Assembly (NCBI RefSeq): GCF_009914755.1
Contig: NC_060944.1
DNA: 64,000 bases
Origin: the human T2T-CHM13v2.0 reference genome, Homo sapiens
Reading direction: 5' to 3' (one strand)
The notes beneath the pieces were generated by a model. The model worked only from the letters and a program-made list of their open reading frames with translations. It had not been told where the DNA came from and did not search any database. Made by a program: the position numbers and the translations under genes. Below are positions 1 to 16,330 of this stretch, piece by piece. Within the stretch, counting starts at the first letter, position 1, and each line of letters begins with the position of its first letter.

Positions 1-277
1 TGAGGTCAGGAGTTCTGGGCTGAAGTGTGTTAGCTATGCTGATCTGGTGTCCACACTAAGTTCAGCATCAAATATGTTGACCTCCCAGGAGCAGGTTGCC
101 TAAAAGGAGGGGTGAACACGCCCAAGTTGGAAATGGTGCAGGTCAAAACTCCTGTGCTGATCAGTGGTGGGATGACGCCTGTGAATAGTCACTGTACTCC
201 AGCCTGGGCAACATAGTCAGACCCCATCTCAAAAAAAAAAAAAAACCAAAAAAAACAACCAGACAAACAGACAAAAA
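1..277 (+). pseudogene. RN7SL: 7SL (SRP) RNA retropseudogene, 5' part outside window, with A-rich tail
   Basis: Matches the 7SL S-domain and 3' end (AGGAGTTCTGGGCTG..CACTAAGTTCAGCATCAA..CAGGTTGCCTAA..GGAGGGGTGAAC..GCAGGTCAAAACTCC..GCCTGTGAATAG..CTCCAGCCTGGGCAACATAG); poly(A) from 231; many substitutions and an internal deletion. Confidence 0.95.
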
Positions 278-569
278 ATTGAACTTGAATCGAAGACTTG
301 GGGTGGACTTACCTGGTTTAGTCTCCGCATAGCCCTCTGGGGACTGGATTCCACTTTTCCTTTTACAGGTGAGGAAATGGAGCCCCTGTGGGGTTGAAGG
401 ACTTGCTCCAGGCTGCACAAAACCTCAGGCTGACTCTTTCCAAAGCAATGCTTGACTTCTTGGGAGGGTTTTTAATTTTTTTCCCCAACACCCTCCTTTC
501 CTTGACAAGCTCCTGAATATCAGAGAAGGCCAGAGAGGATGGTGTCCTGTGTTCCTGAAGGCAGGAAGT

Positions 570-900
570 GTTTATTGAGCCCCTACTAGCTGCAGAGCTA
601 GGCATGAAACTGTCACAGTGAACAGAAAAGGGCCCTGCCTTTATGGAGTTGGACGTCCACCGTGGCAGACAGGCCCCGCGGGGAGTTTGGGTGAAAAGTC
701 GTTGAATGTCAGGCAAGCAGCGGCCCCGGTGCTGCTGACCTTGTCTGGGAGGATCAGGAAAGTTTCCTGGGGAAGAGGCAGGGAGATCTGAGCTGAAACA
801 TGGAGGATGAGGCTGTGGCTGCCTGTCTTTAGTGCATGGAAGAAAATTCCTGGCAGAGGGAATAGCACGTGTGAGGACCCAGCTGGGGAGTCCAGGGCTG
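570..900 (-). mobile_element. L2 LINE 3' fragment
   Basis: TTTATTGAGCCCCTACT.. and CCTGGCAGAGGGAATAGCACGTGTGA are typical antisense L2 motifs. Confidence 0.65.
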
Positions 901-1652
901 GCACCTGGAGAGCTCTGGGAGGGGCTCAAGGTGGAGCTGGAGAGGGCAGAAGTGGGAGGGAGGAGGGAGGCAGGTTCCGTACCACCCCCAGAGGGTTAAA
1001 TTAGACTGGTGAGTCAAGATTCCAAGAAGACGAATGGCTCTCCTGCCAGAATTTTAGGCAACTCCACATTCCAAGACAGCCCACAGCTTCCTCTAACAGC
1101 CACGCTGTTCCCAGCCCTGGTGGAGGAGGCAGGAGCCGGCCACTAGCTGGGACACTAGGTGAGAGGTTAGGCCTCAGGTTGGCATCTGGGTCGGATGACA
1201 GAGTCGGGTGGGGGAGTCCAAGACACTGGAGACCCTCAGGCCCAGGCTCAGGGTTCCCAGTCCTGCACCTGTTACCTGTCTGCATTTGCGTCCTTGGGAA
1301 ACAAACTTTGAATCAGAGATTTATGTGCAGACAGTTTAGTGGGGCGTTTTCTCAAGAGCTGCACCTGTGAGGGAGGGTAAGCAGCTGGGCTGCAGTGCTG
1401 AGGTCTCGGCTCTTCCTCATGGGAACTCTGAGCCAGGTGGGCGCTTAAGAGATGTTCCCAATCAATCAAGGCCAAAACTTATCTACCAGTCATCTGACAC
1501 AAGCTGTCCCTCAGGGAAGGGGCCACGGGATCAGATGAGGCAACTCTGAGGCTGAGGGCAATTCCTGGGGAGTTGCTTGGCTGTGAGCTGCCAGCTCCCG
1601 CTCCCAGCAGCCACAGGAATGGAGTGTCCTGGTCTGGAAGGGTGGATCTGCA

Positions 1653-1790
1653 ACCACAGCATCCACTACAGCAGCTGTGTGACCTGGAGCACACAGCCTA
1701 ACCTCTCTGAGCTTCCTTTAGGACCACAGCATCCGCTACAGCAGATGTGTGACCTGGAGCACATGGCCTAACCTCTCTGAGCTTCCTTTA
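1653..1790 (+). repeat. Two-copy tandem duplication, 70-bp period, within a MIR-like element
   Basis: 1653-1720 and 1723-1790 differ at 4 of 68 positions. Confidence 0.9.
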
Positions 1791-3200
1791 TGCAAAATGC
1801 AGTCACTGGGCTGTTGGAAGGATTCAGAATATTGCATATAAAGCACCTGGCCCCAGTCTTGAGCTCCAGGAAGCACCCAGGAAGTGTTTGTTTAGTTGAA
1901 AGGATCAGTGAATGTGTTGCTTCATAATGAGAATGAGTCTGAGAACCCCCTTTCTGGTGAAAAGATCACGGGCCCAGGAGTCAGGAGAGAGTGGTCGCTT
2001 CCAGCAGTAACTGGTTGTGTGACAGAAGTATGATAAGACCGTAGGCTTTACATTTAGCTCTCTGGGCGTTAAATTCTTTATCTTGTAAACAGGGATAATG
2101 ACACCTGTGCCACCTTCTCCTAGGCTATCTCCTCCTCGGTGTTGGGAAACTGAATGGAGATCGTGCGATGGGAGGTGAAAGCTTTGAAAGGGAAAAGATA
2201 TCATCAGTTTCTACAGGTGGGGTGGGCGTGGCAGCAGGTGGCAGAGCAGGAAGTGGCCTAGGTGAGCCAGAACCCTGGTCAGGCGTGAGTGCAGCCCTGC
2301 ACCCACATAAGCTCACACGTTTGCACAGGCTCCCTGGCACATGCATGCCCCTGCATGCATGTACACACAATCATGTGTACCCCCGTAATGCACCCACTCA
2401 CAACCACCAGAGCAAAACAAAGACAAGGAGTGGAGCTGTCTGTGGTGCACCTGGGGCCCCAGCTCCCCTCCCAGCCCATGACTACATTGTGGAGGGCTGA
2501 GGAATGGGGTTGCTGAGAAGGAGCCCAGGCTGGGGGCCATGTGCATGCGGGTCAGGCTGGCAAAGCCGTCTGCCTGCCTCTTGTTTTAGGCTGCCAGGCT
2601 GGGCAAAGGCCACGTGCTCGGTGGAAGAGCCCAAGCTAATGTAAATGGGCCCCTTTGGAAGTAGGGCTCATCTGGAGAGCAAGCAAGCAAAACAAGCTTA
2701 GCTTTTCATTTAGGGACCGTCACAGAAAACTCGGAAATGCACCAAAGAGTTAATGGTATTTGGCGCTGATCAGTGGCATTGAGGGTGCTTTCTATTTCCG
2801 TCCCTTTGATTCCACTCATTTTTCTATGTCAACATGCATTAGCATTGAATGATTATCAGGATCGTCAGTGTGGGTTGGCTGAAGATATTTGTTGATGGTG
2901 TTTGTCCAGCTCCTTTCCCTGCCCCCAGCGCCTCAGTGGCCCTCCTGTGCTCTGAGCGGTTCTGCTAGGACTGTGAATTGTGAAAGCTTGGACCCGGTGC
3001 TGTGAGGTGGGAGTGTGGGCTGGGCCTGGTAATCTGCAGCCCTCGTCCCCAAGTCCATGGGAATTGTCACATGGCCTGTGCTGGGCTAATCAGAATCCTG
3101 CCTTGTCATGTTATAGGCTGACCCTGGGGAGATAAGCTCTCCCTGAAATATTAACATTGTCTCTGGCCATGTTCCCTTTCCCTTCACCACCGAGAGAAGC

Positions 3201-3210
3201 AGGAGGGAGG

Positions 3211-3250
<40 letters not shown>
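3201..3250 (+). repeat. (GA)n microsatellite
   Basis: GGGA run followed by pure GA dinucleotides. Confidence 0.95.
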
Positions 3251-3252
<2 letters not shown>

Positions 3253-3289
3253 ATGATTGTAAGATATGATTCATTATTTTATGTACAAC

Positions 3290-3748
3290 TGTGATGGTTA
3301 ATTTCATGTGTTGACTGGGCTACGGGATGCCCAGATAGCCTGTAAAACATTAGTTCTGGGAGTGTCTGTGAGGGTGTTTCCAGAATAATTTAGCATTTGA
3401 GTCAGCAGACGGAGTGAAGAAGCTCTGCCCTCACCAACGTGGCCAGGCATCTTCCCATCAGTTGCGGGCCCAAATAGAACAGAATGGTGGAGGGAGAACT
3501 AGTTCCGTCTTCTGCAGCTGGGATGCTCATCTTCTCCTGCCCTTGGACATCGGAACTCCTGGTTGTCAGGGTTTTGGACTTGGACTGAATGACACCACCG
3601 GCTTTCCTGGCTCTCCCACTGGCAGATGGCAGATTGTGGGACTTCTGGGCTTCCATAATCCTGAAAGCTATTCCTATAATCAATCTCCTCTTATACGTCT
3701 ATATGTATCCTATTGGCTCTGTTTGTCTGGAGGACACTGATTTGTACA
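3290..3748 (+). mobile_element. MLT2 (ERVL) solo LTR, MLT2B/C/D-like
   Basis: Starts TGTGATGGTTAATTTCATGTG..GGGATGCCCAGATAGC; ends CCTATTGGCTCTGTTTGTCTGGAGGACACTGATTTGTACA. Confidence 0.85.
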
Positions 3749-3894
3749 ATTAGGAAAGAAAAAAAGGCTACGAGTGAAACCATGTCTTTGGCTGTAAATC
3801 ACATTCTAATTTCAGAGATATTAATACGTGAAAAACATGTACAGACATGCATTTAACGATGGGGTTACATTCTGAGAAATGCATCATTAAGCGA

Positions 3895-4169
3895 TTTTTT
3901 TTGAGACAGAGTCTCGCTTTATCTCAACGGCGCGATCTTGGCTCACCGCAACCTCCGCCTCCCAGATTCAAGCGATTTTCCCACCTCAGCCTTTCGAGTA
4001 GCTGGGACTACAGGAGTGTGCCACCATGCCTGGCCAATTTTTGTATTTTTGTAGAGACGGGGTTTCTCTGTGTTAGCCAGGCTGGTTTGGAACTCCTGAC
4101 CTTAGGTGATCCACACGCCTCAGCCCCTCAAAGTGCTGGGATTACAGGCATGAGCCACCACACCTGGCC
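3895..4169 (-). mobile_element. Alu (S-like)
   Basis: Alu dimer; TSD TTAAG(C/T)GATTTT. Confidence 0.95.
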
Positions 4170-4347
4170 TTTTAAGTGATTTTCTTGTGTGAATGTCATA
4201 GAGTGTACTTACACAAATCTAGATGGTATAGCTTACTACACACCTAGGCGTAATGGTATAGCCTGTGGCTCCTAGGCTACAAACCCGCATAGCACGTTAC
4301 TATAGGCAATTTTAACATAACGTATTTATGTATCTAAACATAACTCA

Positions 4348-4664
<317 letters not shown>

Positions 4665-5170
4665 TTATCCCAGCATGAGCACATGAGCAATGCATTGCAC
4701 TATGACATTACAGCAGCTACGACATTAGGCAATAGGAATTTTTCAGCTCCATTATAATCGTATGGGACCACCATTGTATATGTGGTTTGTCGTTGACTGA
4801 AACAGTGTTGTGTGGTGCATGAGTGTACCCAAGAATCCATAAAATGTGTATGTGGATGGATGGATGGAGAGAGAGACAGGTACAGCAAGAGAGTGTGAGC
4901 AAGACCAAGACAGTGAGAGTACACGCGAGATCAACAGAATGTGTGTGTGAGACAGAAAGGGATGGAGGGAGGGAGATTCCTGAAGCCATCTTTGAGCACC
5001 TGGATTCAGCCATTCCTGAAGCTGACCTTGTTGTTAAAGGAGGCTATAAAGATCCATTTTTTTCTTACGCACATATGAATCAGATTTCTGTCACAAACCG
5101 GAGTCTGGGCTGATTCCTCTTCTGCCTCTGATCCTGTTTATTGTAACAGAAAGGGTTTTCTTTTTCTGTC

Positions 5171-5483
5171 TTTCTTGTTTGTTTGTTTGTTTGTTTGAGA
5201 CAGAGTCTCACTCTGTCACTCAGGCTGGAGTGCAGTGGTGTAATTTTCACTCACTGTAACCTCTGGCTCCTGGATTCAAACAATTCTTGTGCCTCAGCCT
5301 CCTGAGTAGCTGGGATTGCACGTGCCCGCCACCATGCCTAATTTTTTTTTTTTTTTTTGTATTTTTAGTAGAGACAGGGTTTTGCCATGTTAGCCAGGAT
5401 GGTCTCGATCTCCTGACCTCGTGATCTGCCCGCCTCGGCCTCCCAAAGTGCTGGGATTACAGGCGTGAGCCACCGCCCCCAGC
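5171..5483 (-). mobile_element. Alu
   Basis: Full dimer, (TTTG)n tail. Confidence 0.95.
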
Positions 5484-5489
5484 AGGATC

Positions 5490-6005
5490 ACTGTTAAACC
5501 TCCTTGATTGTAAGTGTTGGAAACCCCAGTTCAAAGTAGATTAAGTGAAAAGTGGAGTTGATTGACTTGTGTGTGTGAAAAATCCAAGAGTGTACAAGCT
5601 TCAGGCACAGATGGATCTAGGGTCTTACATGATTTTTTTCCAAGATGTGGCCTTTCCCTTTCTGGGCGCTACTTTCTTTGTTGGCTGCACTCTCAGGCTG
5701 GCTGTTCTTTGAGGTGACTCCAGGTCGGCTGTAGACCCTCCAAGTCCAGAATCTCAGTGGAAAGAAATCTCCTTCCTCCAAAAAATTATATCTGAGGGCC
5801 TAGAATTGAGTACCAGTGAGCAGGTGCCGTACATGAACCAATCATAGGGATTCCCTAGCCTGGAAGAGAATGTACTGATTGGGCATGTGAGGTCACATGA
5901 CCCTTGGGGTGGGAGGGTAAGGACCGAAAGTCCCTATCTGAAAGCAATGGAGAGGTGGTTCCCCAGAGAAAAATGCAAGTGCTGTCATCAGGAGAGGCAA
6001 CGGAC
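5490..6005 (-). mobile_element. Old MaLR LTR (MLT1J/K/L-like)
   Basis: GCTTCAGGCACAGATGGATCTAGGG, GAACCAATCA..CTGATTGGGC..GGTCACATG motifs. Confidence 0.55.
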
Positions 6006-6493
6006 ACCCGGTCATCATCCCCAATAATTCCCGTCCTCCTTTCTTTGAGTAACTACATCCCAGCGAAGTCCCCTAGGTCCTTCCAGAACTTGGTCCCCAG
6101 CATCTTAACCTCTCCCCAGAGAAGTGTTTCTCACTGGGCTGCCATCCAGGGATACTTCCAGTCTTTGGGAGGTGTTGGGGATCCTGTCTTTCCCTCTGCA
6201 GAAATGAAACAAAGGAGGCCAGGAAGAGACATCCCATCCCTTGTGGGGCTGGAAGCCGCCTGTCACAGAAACCAGGAGCCCTGGGTACCGTCATATGATT
6301 TTCCTCTTTTGTGTTTGCAGAAAATGTGGTATTAATACAGGATGTTTGACAATGCGGGCAGGATTAAAGGGCGGCCCTAATTGACCAAGGAGTGGGTTTC
6401 CAACTGGTTACTTTCTAGAATAATTCCATGCAGCAGGCGTGATTAGTCATGTCATCTTCATGTCATTTGCAGTGGAGAAGTTCAGCGTCCTAA

Positions 6494-7612
<1,119 letters not shown>

Positions 7613-7624
7613 GATATCAACTAA

Positions 7625-8090
7625 GTGAAACCATGCAGTATGCGCCCTTTTGTGTCTGGCTTTTTTGGTCCCACCTTATGTCTATAAGATTTATCCATGT
7701 GATTGTATGTTCATTCTTTTACTTTGCTATGTAATACTCCATTGTATTATTATACTACCATTTATTTTTATTGTTGATAAATGTTTGCTTTATTTCCAGT
7801 TTGGGGCTGTCATAAATAAAACTGCCGTGAATATTTTTGTTTATACTATTTGGTGCACATAAATGCTCACTTCTGGGATTGTGGAATTGTTGAGACACAG
7901 GGATTCCTATGTCTCACTTCAGTGGGTACTGACACACCACTTTCCAAAGTGGGTCTATCTGTTCACCTCTCAGCAGTGTGCGAGCATTCCCGTTGCTCTG
8001 CACCCTCGTGTAGACTGGATATTGCCAGTCCTTCCGATTCAGCCATTCTAGTGGGTGTGAATTGGTATCTCAGTGTGGTTTTGATTATGC
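7625..8090 (-). mobile_element. Old L1 (L1M) fragment
   Basis: TTCCAGTTTGGGGCTG, TTTCCAAAGTGG, AGCCATTCTAGTGGGTGTGAATTGGTATCTCAGTGTGGTTTTGATT are antisense L1 ORF2/3' motifs. Confidence 0.8.
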
Positions 8091-8152
8091 CTTTATTTTT
8101 AAAAAAATCTGTATTAAAGGAGACCAAAAACAGACTCTCATCTAACATTAAA

Positions 8153-8456
8153 TTTTTTTTTTTTTTTTTTTTTGAGATGGAGTCTTGCTGTGTCACCCAG
8201 GCTGGAGTGCAATGGCATGATGTCATCTCACTTATAACCTCTGCCTTCTGGGTTCAAGTGATTCTCGTGCCTCAGCCTCCTGAGCAGCTGGGATTACAGG
8301 CGCCTGCCACTACACCCAGTTAATTTTTGTATTTTTAGTAGAGATGGGATTTCGCCATGTTGGCCAGGCTGGTCTCGAACTCCTGACCTCAGGTGATCTG
8401 CTTGCCTTGGCCTCCCAAAGTGCTGGGATTACAGGTGTGAGCCACCATGCCTGGCC
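8153..8456 (-). mobile_element. Alu (S-like)
   Basis: Full dimer; TSD GACTC(T/C)CATCTAAC. Confidence 0.95.
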
Positions 8457-8638
8457 TGGACTCCCATCTAACTTAATCTTCATAAATATTTCTTTATAAA
8501 GATGACCCTATGTGTCAGTTTTCAGAGGGAGAAACTAGCATTTACTTTGTACTATTCTCTGATGGGAGCTGTGCTAGGAGCTTTACAGATTTTATCCCAT
8601 GCCATCCTCAAGACAATGCTTTTAAATTTATTTTTAAA

Positions 8639-8941
8639 TTTATTATTATTATTATTTTGAGATGGAGTTTCACTCTTCTTGCCCAGGCTGGAGTGAAATA
8701 GCGCCATCTCGGCTCACTGCAACCTCTGACTCCCAGGTTCAAGCGATTCTCCTGCCTCAGCCTCCTGAGTAGCTGGGATTACAGGTGCCTGCCACCACGC
8801 CTGGCTAATTTTTGTATTTTTAGTAGAGACAGGGTTTCACCATGTTGGCCAGGCTAGTCTAAAATTCCTGACTTCAGGTGATCCACCTGTCTCAGCCTCC
8901 CAAAATGCTGGGATTACAGGCGTGAGCCACTGCACCAGGCC
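8639..8941 (-). mobile_element. Alu (S-like)
   Basis: Full dimer, (TTA)n tail. Confidence 0.95.
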
Positions 8942-9053
8942 TATTATTATTATTTTTTGAGACAGGGTCTCACTACGTTGCCCAGGCTGGTCTCAAACTC
9001 TTGAGCTCCTCCCAAAGTGCTGGGATGATAGGCATAAGCCACCACACCCGGCC
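8942..9053 (-). mobile_element. Alu monomer (FLAM-like), internally deleted
   Basis: GAGACAGGGTCTCACTACGTTGCCCAGGCTGGTCTC..CCCAAAGTGCTGGG. Confidence 0.85.
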
Positions 9054-10959
9054 TCAAGACAATTCTTAAAAGATGTGGACAACCCTGGGGATAGACTAGG
9101 CAGACAGGCAGTGCCACCAATCTCGCAAGCCCTGAGCATGAAAATGAGATGTCAGGTCTCTCAGGGAACTGACGCAGCAATTGCTCCAGCGACCGGCACA
9201 GTGTGAATATGACAGATGTCGCTGAAAAGAGAAAGCTGCTCTGGATGGAGCTGCTGCAGGAATCAGCTGAGGCTTGAGTGCAAATGCTTTATTTCCCATT
9301 CATCTCTGCATCAGGACCACAAATGGCAGACCGCAGGAGCCGAGTGTTTGCCTGCAGTTTGCCGCATCAGCCCTCTGGCGTCTGGGCCGGTGACATGTCC
9401 TTACCAGTTTCTCATGAAGATAATAGATGAAGGTATTTTGCTTTGTGAAGAAATGTTTATTGTTGATAAATGTTTCGTGTTCAGGACACCTGAACACGAA
9501 ACAGCAGGCAGGCATTCTTGAAATAAAAGTGAATCCTGATGTTTTAAATTTATCTGTTGAAAGAATCCATTTTCCCCCTATTTCTGTCATTTTGCTGTGG
9601 AGTAGTGAAAAATTCATTGCAGACTGGGTTTTGTGAACCACTGGGGTAATAGAAAAGTACAGACTTTGGTGCCAAACTTAGGTTTAGGTCACAAACCTGG
9701 TACTTAGGGCTGCATGACTTTGGCAAAGTCACTTCATCTTTCGAAGACCCAGTTTCTGGGTAAAGGCTCGGAAGGTTGTCTGTGGAAAGTACCTGGTACA
9801 GCACCCAGCCTATGGGAGGGGTTCAATAAGTGTCAAATGAATTTCTGTTGTATTTCAGGTCCATAATCCTTTAGCTACAAATGCAACATTTTTTAAAACT
9901 ACGCAAACAGGGAGTGTTTTTCTTATCTTCTTATGCTTGGTTCAAATTCACTTGGCAGCAAAAGCTGACATGAGGCTATTTTATAGTCTCTATTTATCCC
10001 TATGGGCATAACTACTCATATGTTCTGCTTTAGAAATATTAACATATTTGATACTGGTGTGTCTTCCCAGGCCTCGGGGAGGTCATATAGTGCACAGCAT
10101 ACGCAATGTACTATATACGATCTGGACCATTCTGAATTCTGATATACATCTGGATTTTAAATGACAAACTAAATTCAGATCCACTTAGGAAAAAAAAAAG
10201 ATATGTCATCTCATGAACATTAAAAAAAAAAACCCAAGGGTATTCTACCTTCAGGTACAGCTGGATCCGGGACTCAAATGATGCCTGTATGTTTCTGTTT
10301 GTCTCTCCACTCAGCTCTGAGACTCTCTGCTCTTCTTTGAGTTTTGGCTTCATTCCCATTCATGCTTAGACAGGGTTTCTTTGCATCGTGGGAAACAGGG
10401 TCCTTTGCAGCTCTCACTTCTAAGAAAGTGAGACCCTCCCCCTCCTGGCATTGAATATCAAATTTCGGTGAAGATTCCGATTAGCTCTTCTTGCGGCACG
10501 TGCCCACTGCTTGAGCCAATCAGCATGGAGGGGAAATAGGGTCTTGTAATTGGGTCAAGTGCCTACTCCTGCAGCCCTGCTTCGGATGGGGGGAGAATTG
10601 ATAGCTCTGCAAGAGAAGTGTGGGGCCAGGCAAGCCAGCAGAGCCCAGGCCATCGATTACAAAGTAGCTCTGTGGCAATCAAGTCCTTCATCCACATTCC
10701 CAGCCCCAGGGAAATCCCAGTCTAAGCAAAGGACATCTTGGAGGAGGTGGCACCTCACACCTTCTGAACCTTTCCTTTTGGCTCTGCGTCTGTGCTACTT
10801 GGTGACAGGTGCATCTCTTGTGACAGCCTCACCTCTTGCAGATCCTTAAGGTCTCCCTGAATCTGCAGTCGTCTCTTTTTCTGTTCCTCAACGTGACTGG
10901 AAGAGCTGCCACAAGCTGTTCCTCTGCTGGAACGTTCTTGGCTCTGCTTCTCACCTGGT

Positions 10960-11563
<604 letters not shown>

Positions 11564-11718
11564 GCAAGGCTTGAATTGAAACCCTGGCCTCCTTGACAAT
11601 TGGGCTCACTGCTCATCTCTCAGTGTGGTCAGACCTGAATGAGGATGCCTGAGTCTATCTTGTTCTAGGGCACCTTTCTTTCTTTTTGTTTGAACAACTC
11701 AGCCAAATAAAATCCTAG

Positions 11719-12346
<628 letters not shown>

Positions 12347-12556
12347 GGCAAGGTTTTCTTGAAGTTTGAATTTTCCTTTTTGGCTGCCTGGTCATCCTCA
12401 TTGGTCTTCTGCTTCTTGGTAACAATATTGTCATCCTGATCATTTTCAGCAGCCAGTTTGCCCTCAGCAGCCTCAGCTTCCTCATCTTTATCTCCATCTT
12501 CTTCCTCACCATCAACTTCCTCCTCCTCCCCCTTCCTCTCCACTTTCTTCCTCTTC

Positions 12557-12888
<332 letters not shown>

Positions 12889-13476
12889 CTCCACCTTCTT
12901 CCCTTCTTTGTCTACCTCATGGTCAGCCTCCTCCTCCCCATTGCCCTCATTAGTATTCCTGTTAGTAGGGGCATCTCTTTCATTGTCCACCTCCTCCACA
13001 ACTTCCTCCTTCTCCTTTAAGTCTTGGTGGTGATCTAGGAGCTGGTGTGCACGGCTGCGTCTGACATGGGGCACACAGGTGATCTGATGAAGGGGATTAA
13101 AAAGAAAGTGAGATTCGGGGACTGGTGACAAAGCTGCCTGCCAGAGGTGGCTGCAGTAAGCAGGGAGCCTGATGGCAAATAATACAAAGATGGCTTTTCA
13201 GAGCAGCCAGTGGGGGCTTCAGCACTTCTCATTTGCTTCCCTTTTCACGTATATTTCACAAATGTTAACTCCCCCTGCAAGAACCAGACTTCTCGGAGTA
13301 CTCAGCATCCTCTGTGGCTTGTATGGTAGCTCCACAGACCCCCTCCTGGCCCCGCTCACCTCTGAGTGAGCGTGGTTGGTTTGTGTTGTCACCTGGATAA
13401 TTACCATGGCTGGCAGCTTCCTGGTAGATGTAGAGTGCTGGGATTATGGGTGTGAGCCACCGTGCCCAGCCCCACA

Positions 13477-13782
13477 CTTTATTATTATTATTATTTTTTG
13501 AGATGAAGTTTCACTCTGTCGCCCAGGCTGGAGTGCAGCGGCACGATCTCAGTTCACTGCAACCTCTGCCTCCCAGGTTCAAGCAGTTTCCCCTGCGTCA
13601 GCCTCCCAAGTAGCTGGGATTACAGGTGTCCACCACTATGCCCAGCTAATATTTTAATATATTTAGTAGAGACAGGGTTTGTCATGTTGGTCAGGTTGGT
13701 CTTGAACTCCTGACCTCAGGTGAACTGCCCGCCTCGGCCTCCCAAAGTGCTGGGATTACAGGAATGAGCCACTACGCCTGCC
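13477..13782 (-). mobile_element. Alu (S-like), preceded by a ~37-bp Alu 5' remnant at 13434-13471
   Basis: Full dimer, (TTA)n tail. Confidence 0.95.
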
Positions 13783-13791
13783 CCCCACCCC

Positions 13792-13958
13792 CCACTTCTA
13801 AAGCACCAGATCTCATGAGAACTCACTCACTATCATGAGAACAGCAAAGGGGGAAATCTGCCCCCATGAGTCAATCACCCCCACCAGGTCCCTCCCCAAC
13901 ATTGGGAATTACAATTCAGCATGAAATTTGGATAGGGACACACAGGCAAACCATATCA
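13792..13958 (-). mobile_element. MSTA-like MaLR LTR fragment
   Basis: ACCAGATCTCATGAGAACTCACTCACTATCATGAGAACAGCA..CAAACCATATCA. Confidence 0.85.
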
Positions 13959-15330
13959 AGGCCCATGACCCAAGTTTAGCCAGTCAGAGTCCTTCCCTGG
14001 GACTTGCCTAATCCCTGGTCATGATGCCGTACGGCAGTGAAGCTGCACCCGTGTGACCAGGGCCCTCCTCAGGGACACGGCCATTCTGAGACTCAAGCTG
14101 ACTCACCAGGAGTGGCAACGACAACAGAAGGCCCTTCGAATAGCAATGTTCCCATTTGGTGGACATCCCCGACGTTTTTCCTAAAGCCTCCACCAGCATT
14201 AGTTTCCTTTTCTGTAAAATGCGGATGACGACGTTCTGGGAGGCTAAGGTGCTTGCCCAAGATTTCAACATGGCAGAGCCAAGATTCCAACACAGAGAGG
14301 CTGCCTGCAAACCCTGCAGCCTCTGAGCTGGCCCGTGAGATGCTGCCTGCCACCCATTTTGGGGAGTCCCCTGCCTTAGACCTTGTCCTTGGCCCAGGAG
14401 AACTGAGGGCATCCTTTGTATAGCTCTGTTTTCATAGTGGGTGAGGGTGGGCACATGTTTGGCTGAGCGTGGGGTGAACAATAGACCCGGTGCCAAGGTT
14501 TCCAAAGCCCTCCCTCCCACCCCTCCTCTCGCTCCCTCAGGGCAGATGCATTTGGGGTCACTGTGGAAGCTACTCTCATGAATACCTGTGTGACAAAGGG
14601 CTGCTTCATAGAAGAGAAAGTCTCTTTGCCCAACACTAAGCCCAACGCCAGTTAAACAGCTGTAAAGCACACCCATTCCAAGGAAGCATTAAAGAAAAAA
14701 ATCCTGTATCTCCCACTTAGGTAGGCACATCCCAGCGATGCTGGGGCAGAGCTGCTAATGGCCAGGGGAATGGCTGGCGCGTCTCTCAAAATTGGATCAC
14801 ACTAGCTCCTGGCTCCATCAGCCAGAACGGGATGGCGTGCACTCCCGAGGGGGCTCCGCGACCCTGGAGCAGTGCTGGGGGGCTCTCTGGAGGACAGGAA
14901 GGCCCCCGTGCGCCAGATTTTCAGCAACATCAGGATGTGGAGAGAGCCCAGCTCACCACATCCCCTTGGCGAACTATGACAAGAAACGCACCAGCTTTCA
15001 ACACAGCTCTTGTTCTCCATCAATGGGTTCCATTGTATGCACGAATTCCCCAGCTCTAGGAGTTGGTTCTGTGCCCTGGCCAGAGTCTGAAACCAAGGGA
15101 CCTGGTCTCCCCCACTCCCTTCCTCAGTGTTGTGCAGCATCCGCAAAATCTGGTCAAAGAGCTTCACCTCGGGGAGTGTCCTTTCACTTCTCTCTGTGGA
15201 GGAGCTGGGAGGGTGGAGAGCCACAGGAACCACTTGGCCATCCGTCCTCGGGGCACTTGAGCCTTTGAGGTTTTCCCCACTGGCCCCACCTCACTGCCCT
15301 CCACTTGATATTCCCCATTCAAGTCCAGGC

Positions 15331-15842
<512 letters not shown>

Positions 15843-15907
15843 ATCTAGGTCCAAGAAGAACTACAGAGAATTTAACTTTTGGCATTTCCATTTTTTGGCT
15901 CAATTGA

Positions 15908-16330
15908 CTGATTCATTCATTAGACAAATATTTCTTGAGAATCTAATATGCATTAAGCTCTGAGCTAGGTGCTCAGGATACAGAGATGGACAAGGCAGAC
16001 ATGTATGTGCCTGTCCCCAAGGAAAGCAGAGGAGATGGCCACTGTGCAAGCAGCTCACACATTGTTAGTTACAATTGTGCTGAGTGTTACAAAAGAGAGG
16101 GTGGTGTGCTCTGTGGACCCAGCCAAGGGGACAGAGACAGCTTCCTGGTGAGAGTAATTTGTCAGCTGAGACCTTGAGGATGAGTAGGAGTTAGCCAGGT
16201 CAATGGGCTGGGGAGAGAGGATGGAGACTCCTCTAGACAGAGAGCCCAGCCTGGGCCAGGCAGGACAGAGCATGGCTCCCTCCAGGAGTAGAGTGAGGTC
16301 CTGGGAGGAAACATGGAGGTTGAGCTTCCA
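15908..16330 (-). mobile_element. L2 3' fragment
   Basis: ATTCATTCATTAGACAAATATTT..CTAGGTGCTCAGGATACAGAGATG..TGAGTAGGAGTTAGCCAGG. Confidence 0.7.

Noticed and set aside
2339-2362. Inverted repeat ACATGCATGC-CCCT-GCATGCATGT (RBFOX- or p53-like motifs)
   Set aside because: Lies in CA/TG-rich low-complexity sequence where such symmetry is common; does not fit the p53 consensus
14008-15268. ORFs of 143-222 aa in fairly unique, mildly CpG-rich sequence
   Set aside because: No recognisable domain, overlapping ORFs on both strands, and part overlaps a MIR-like segment; expected by chance at this GC content
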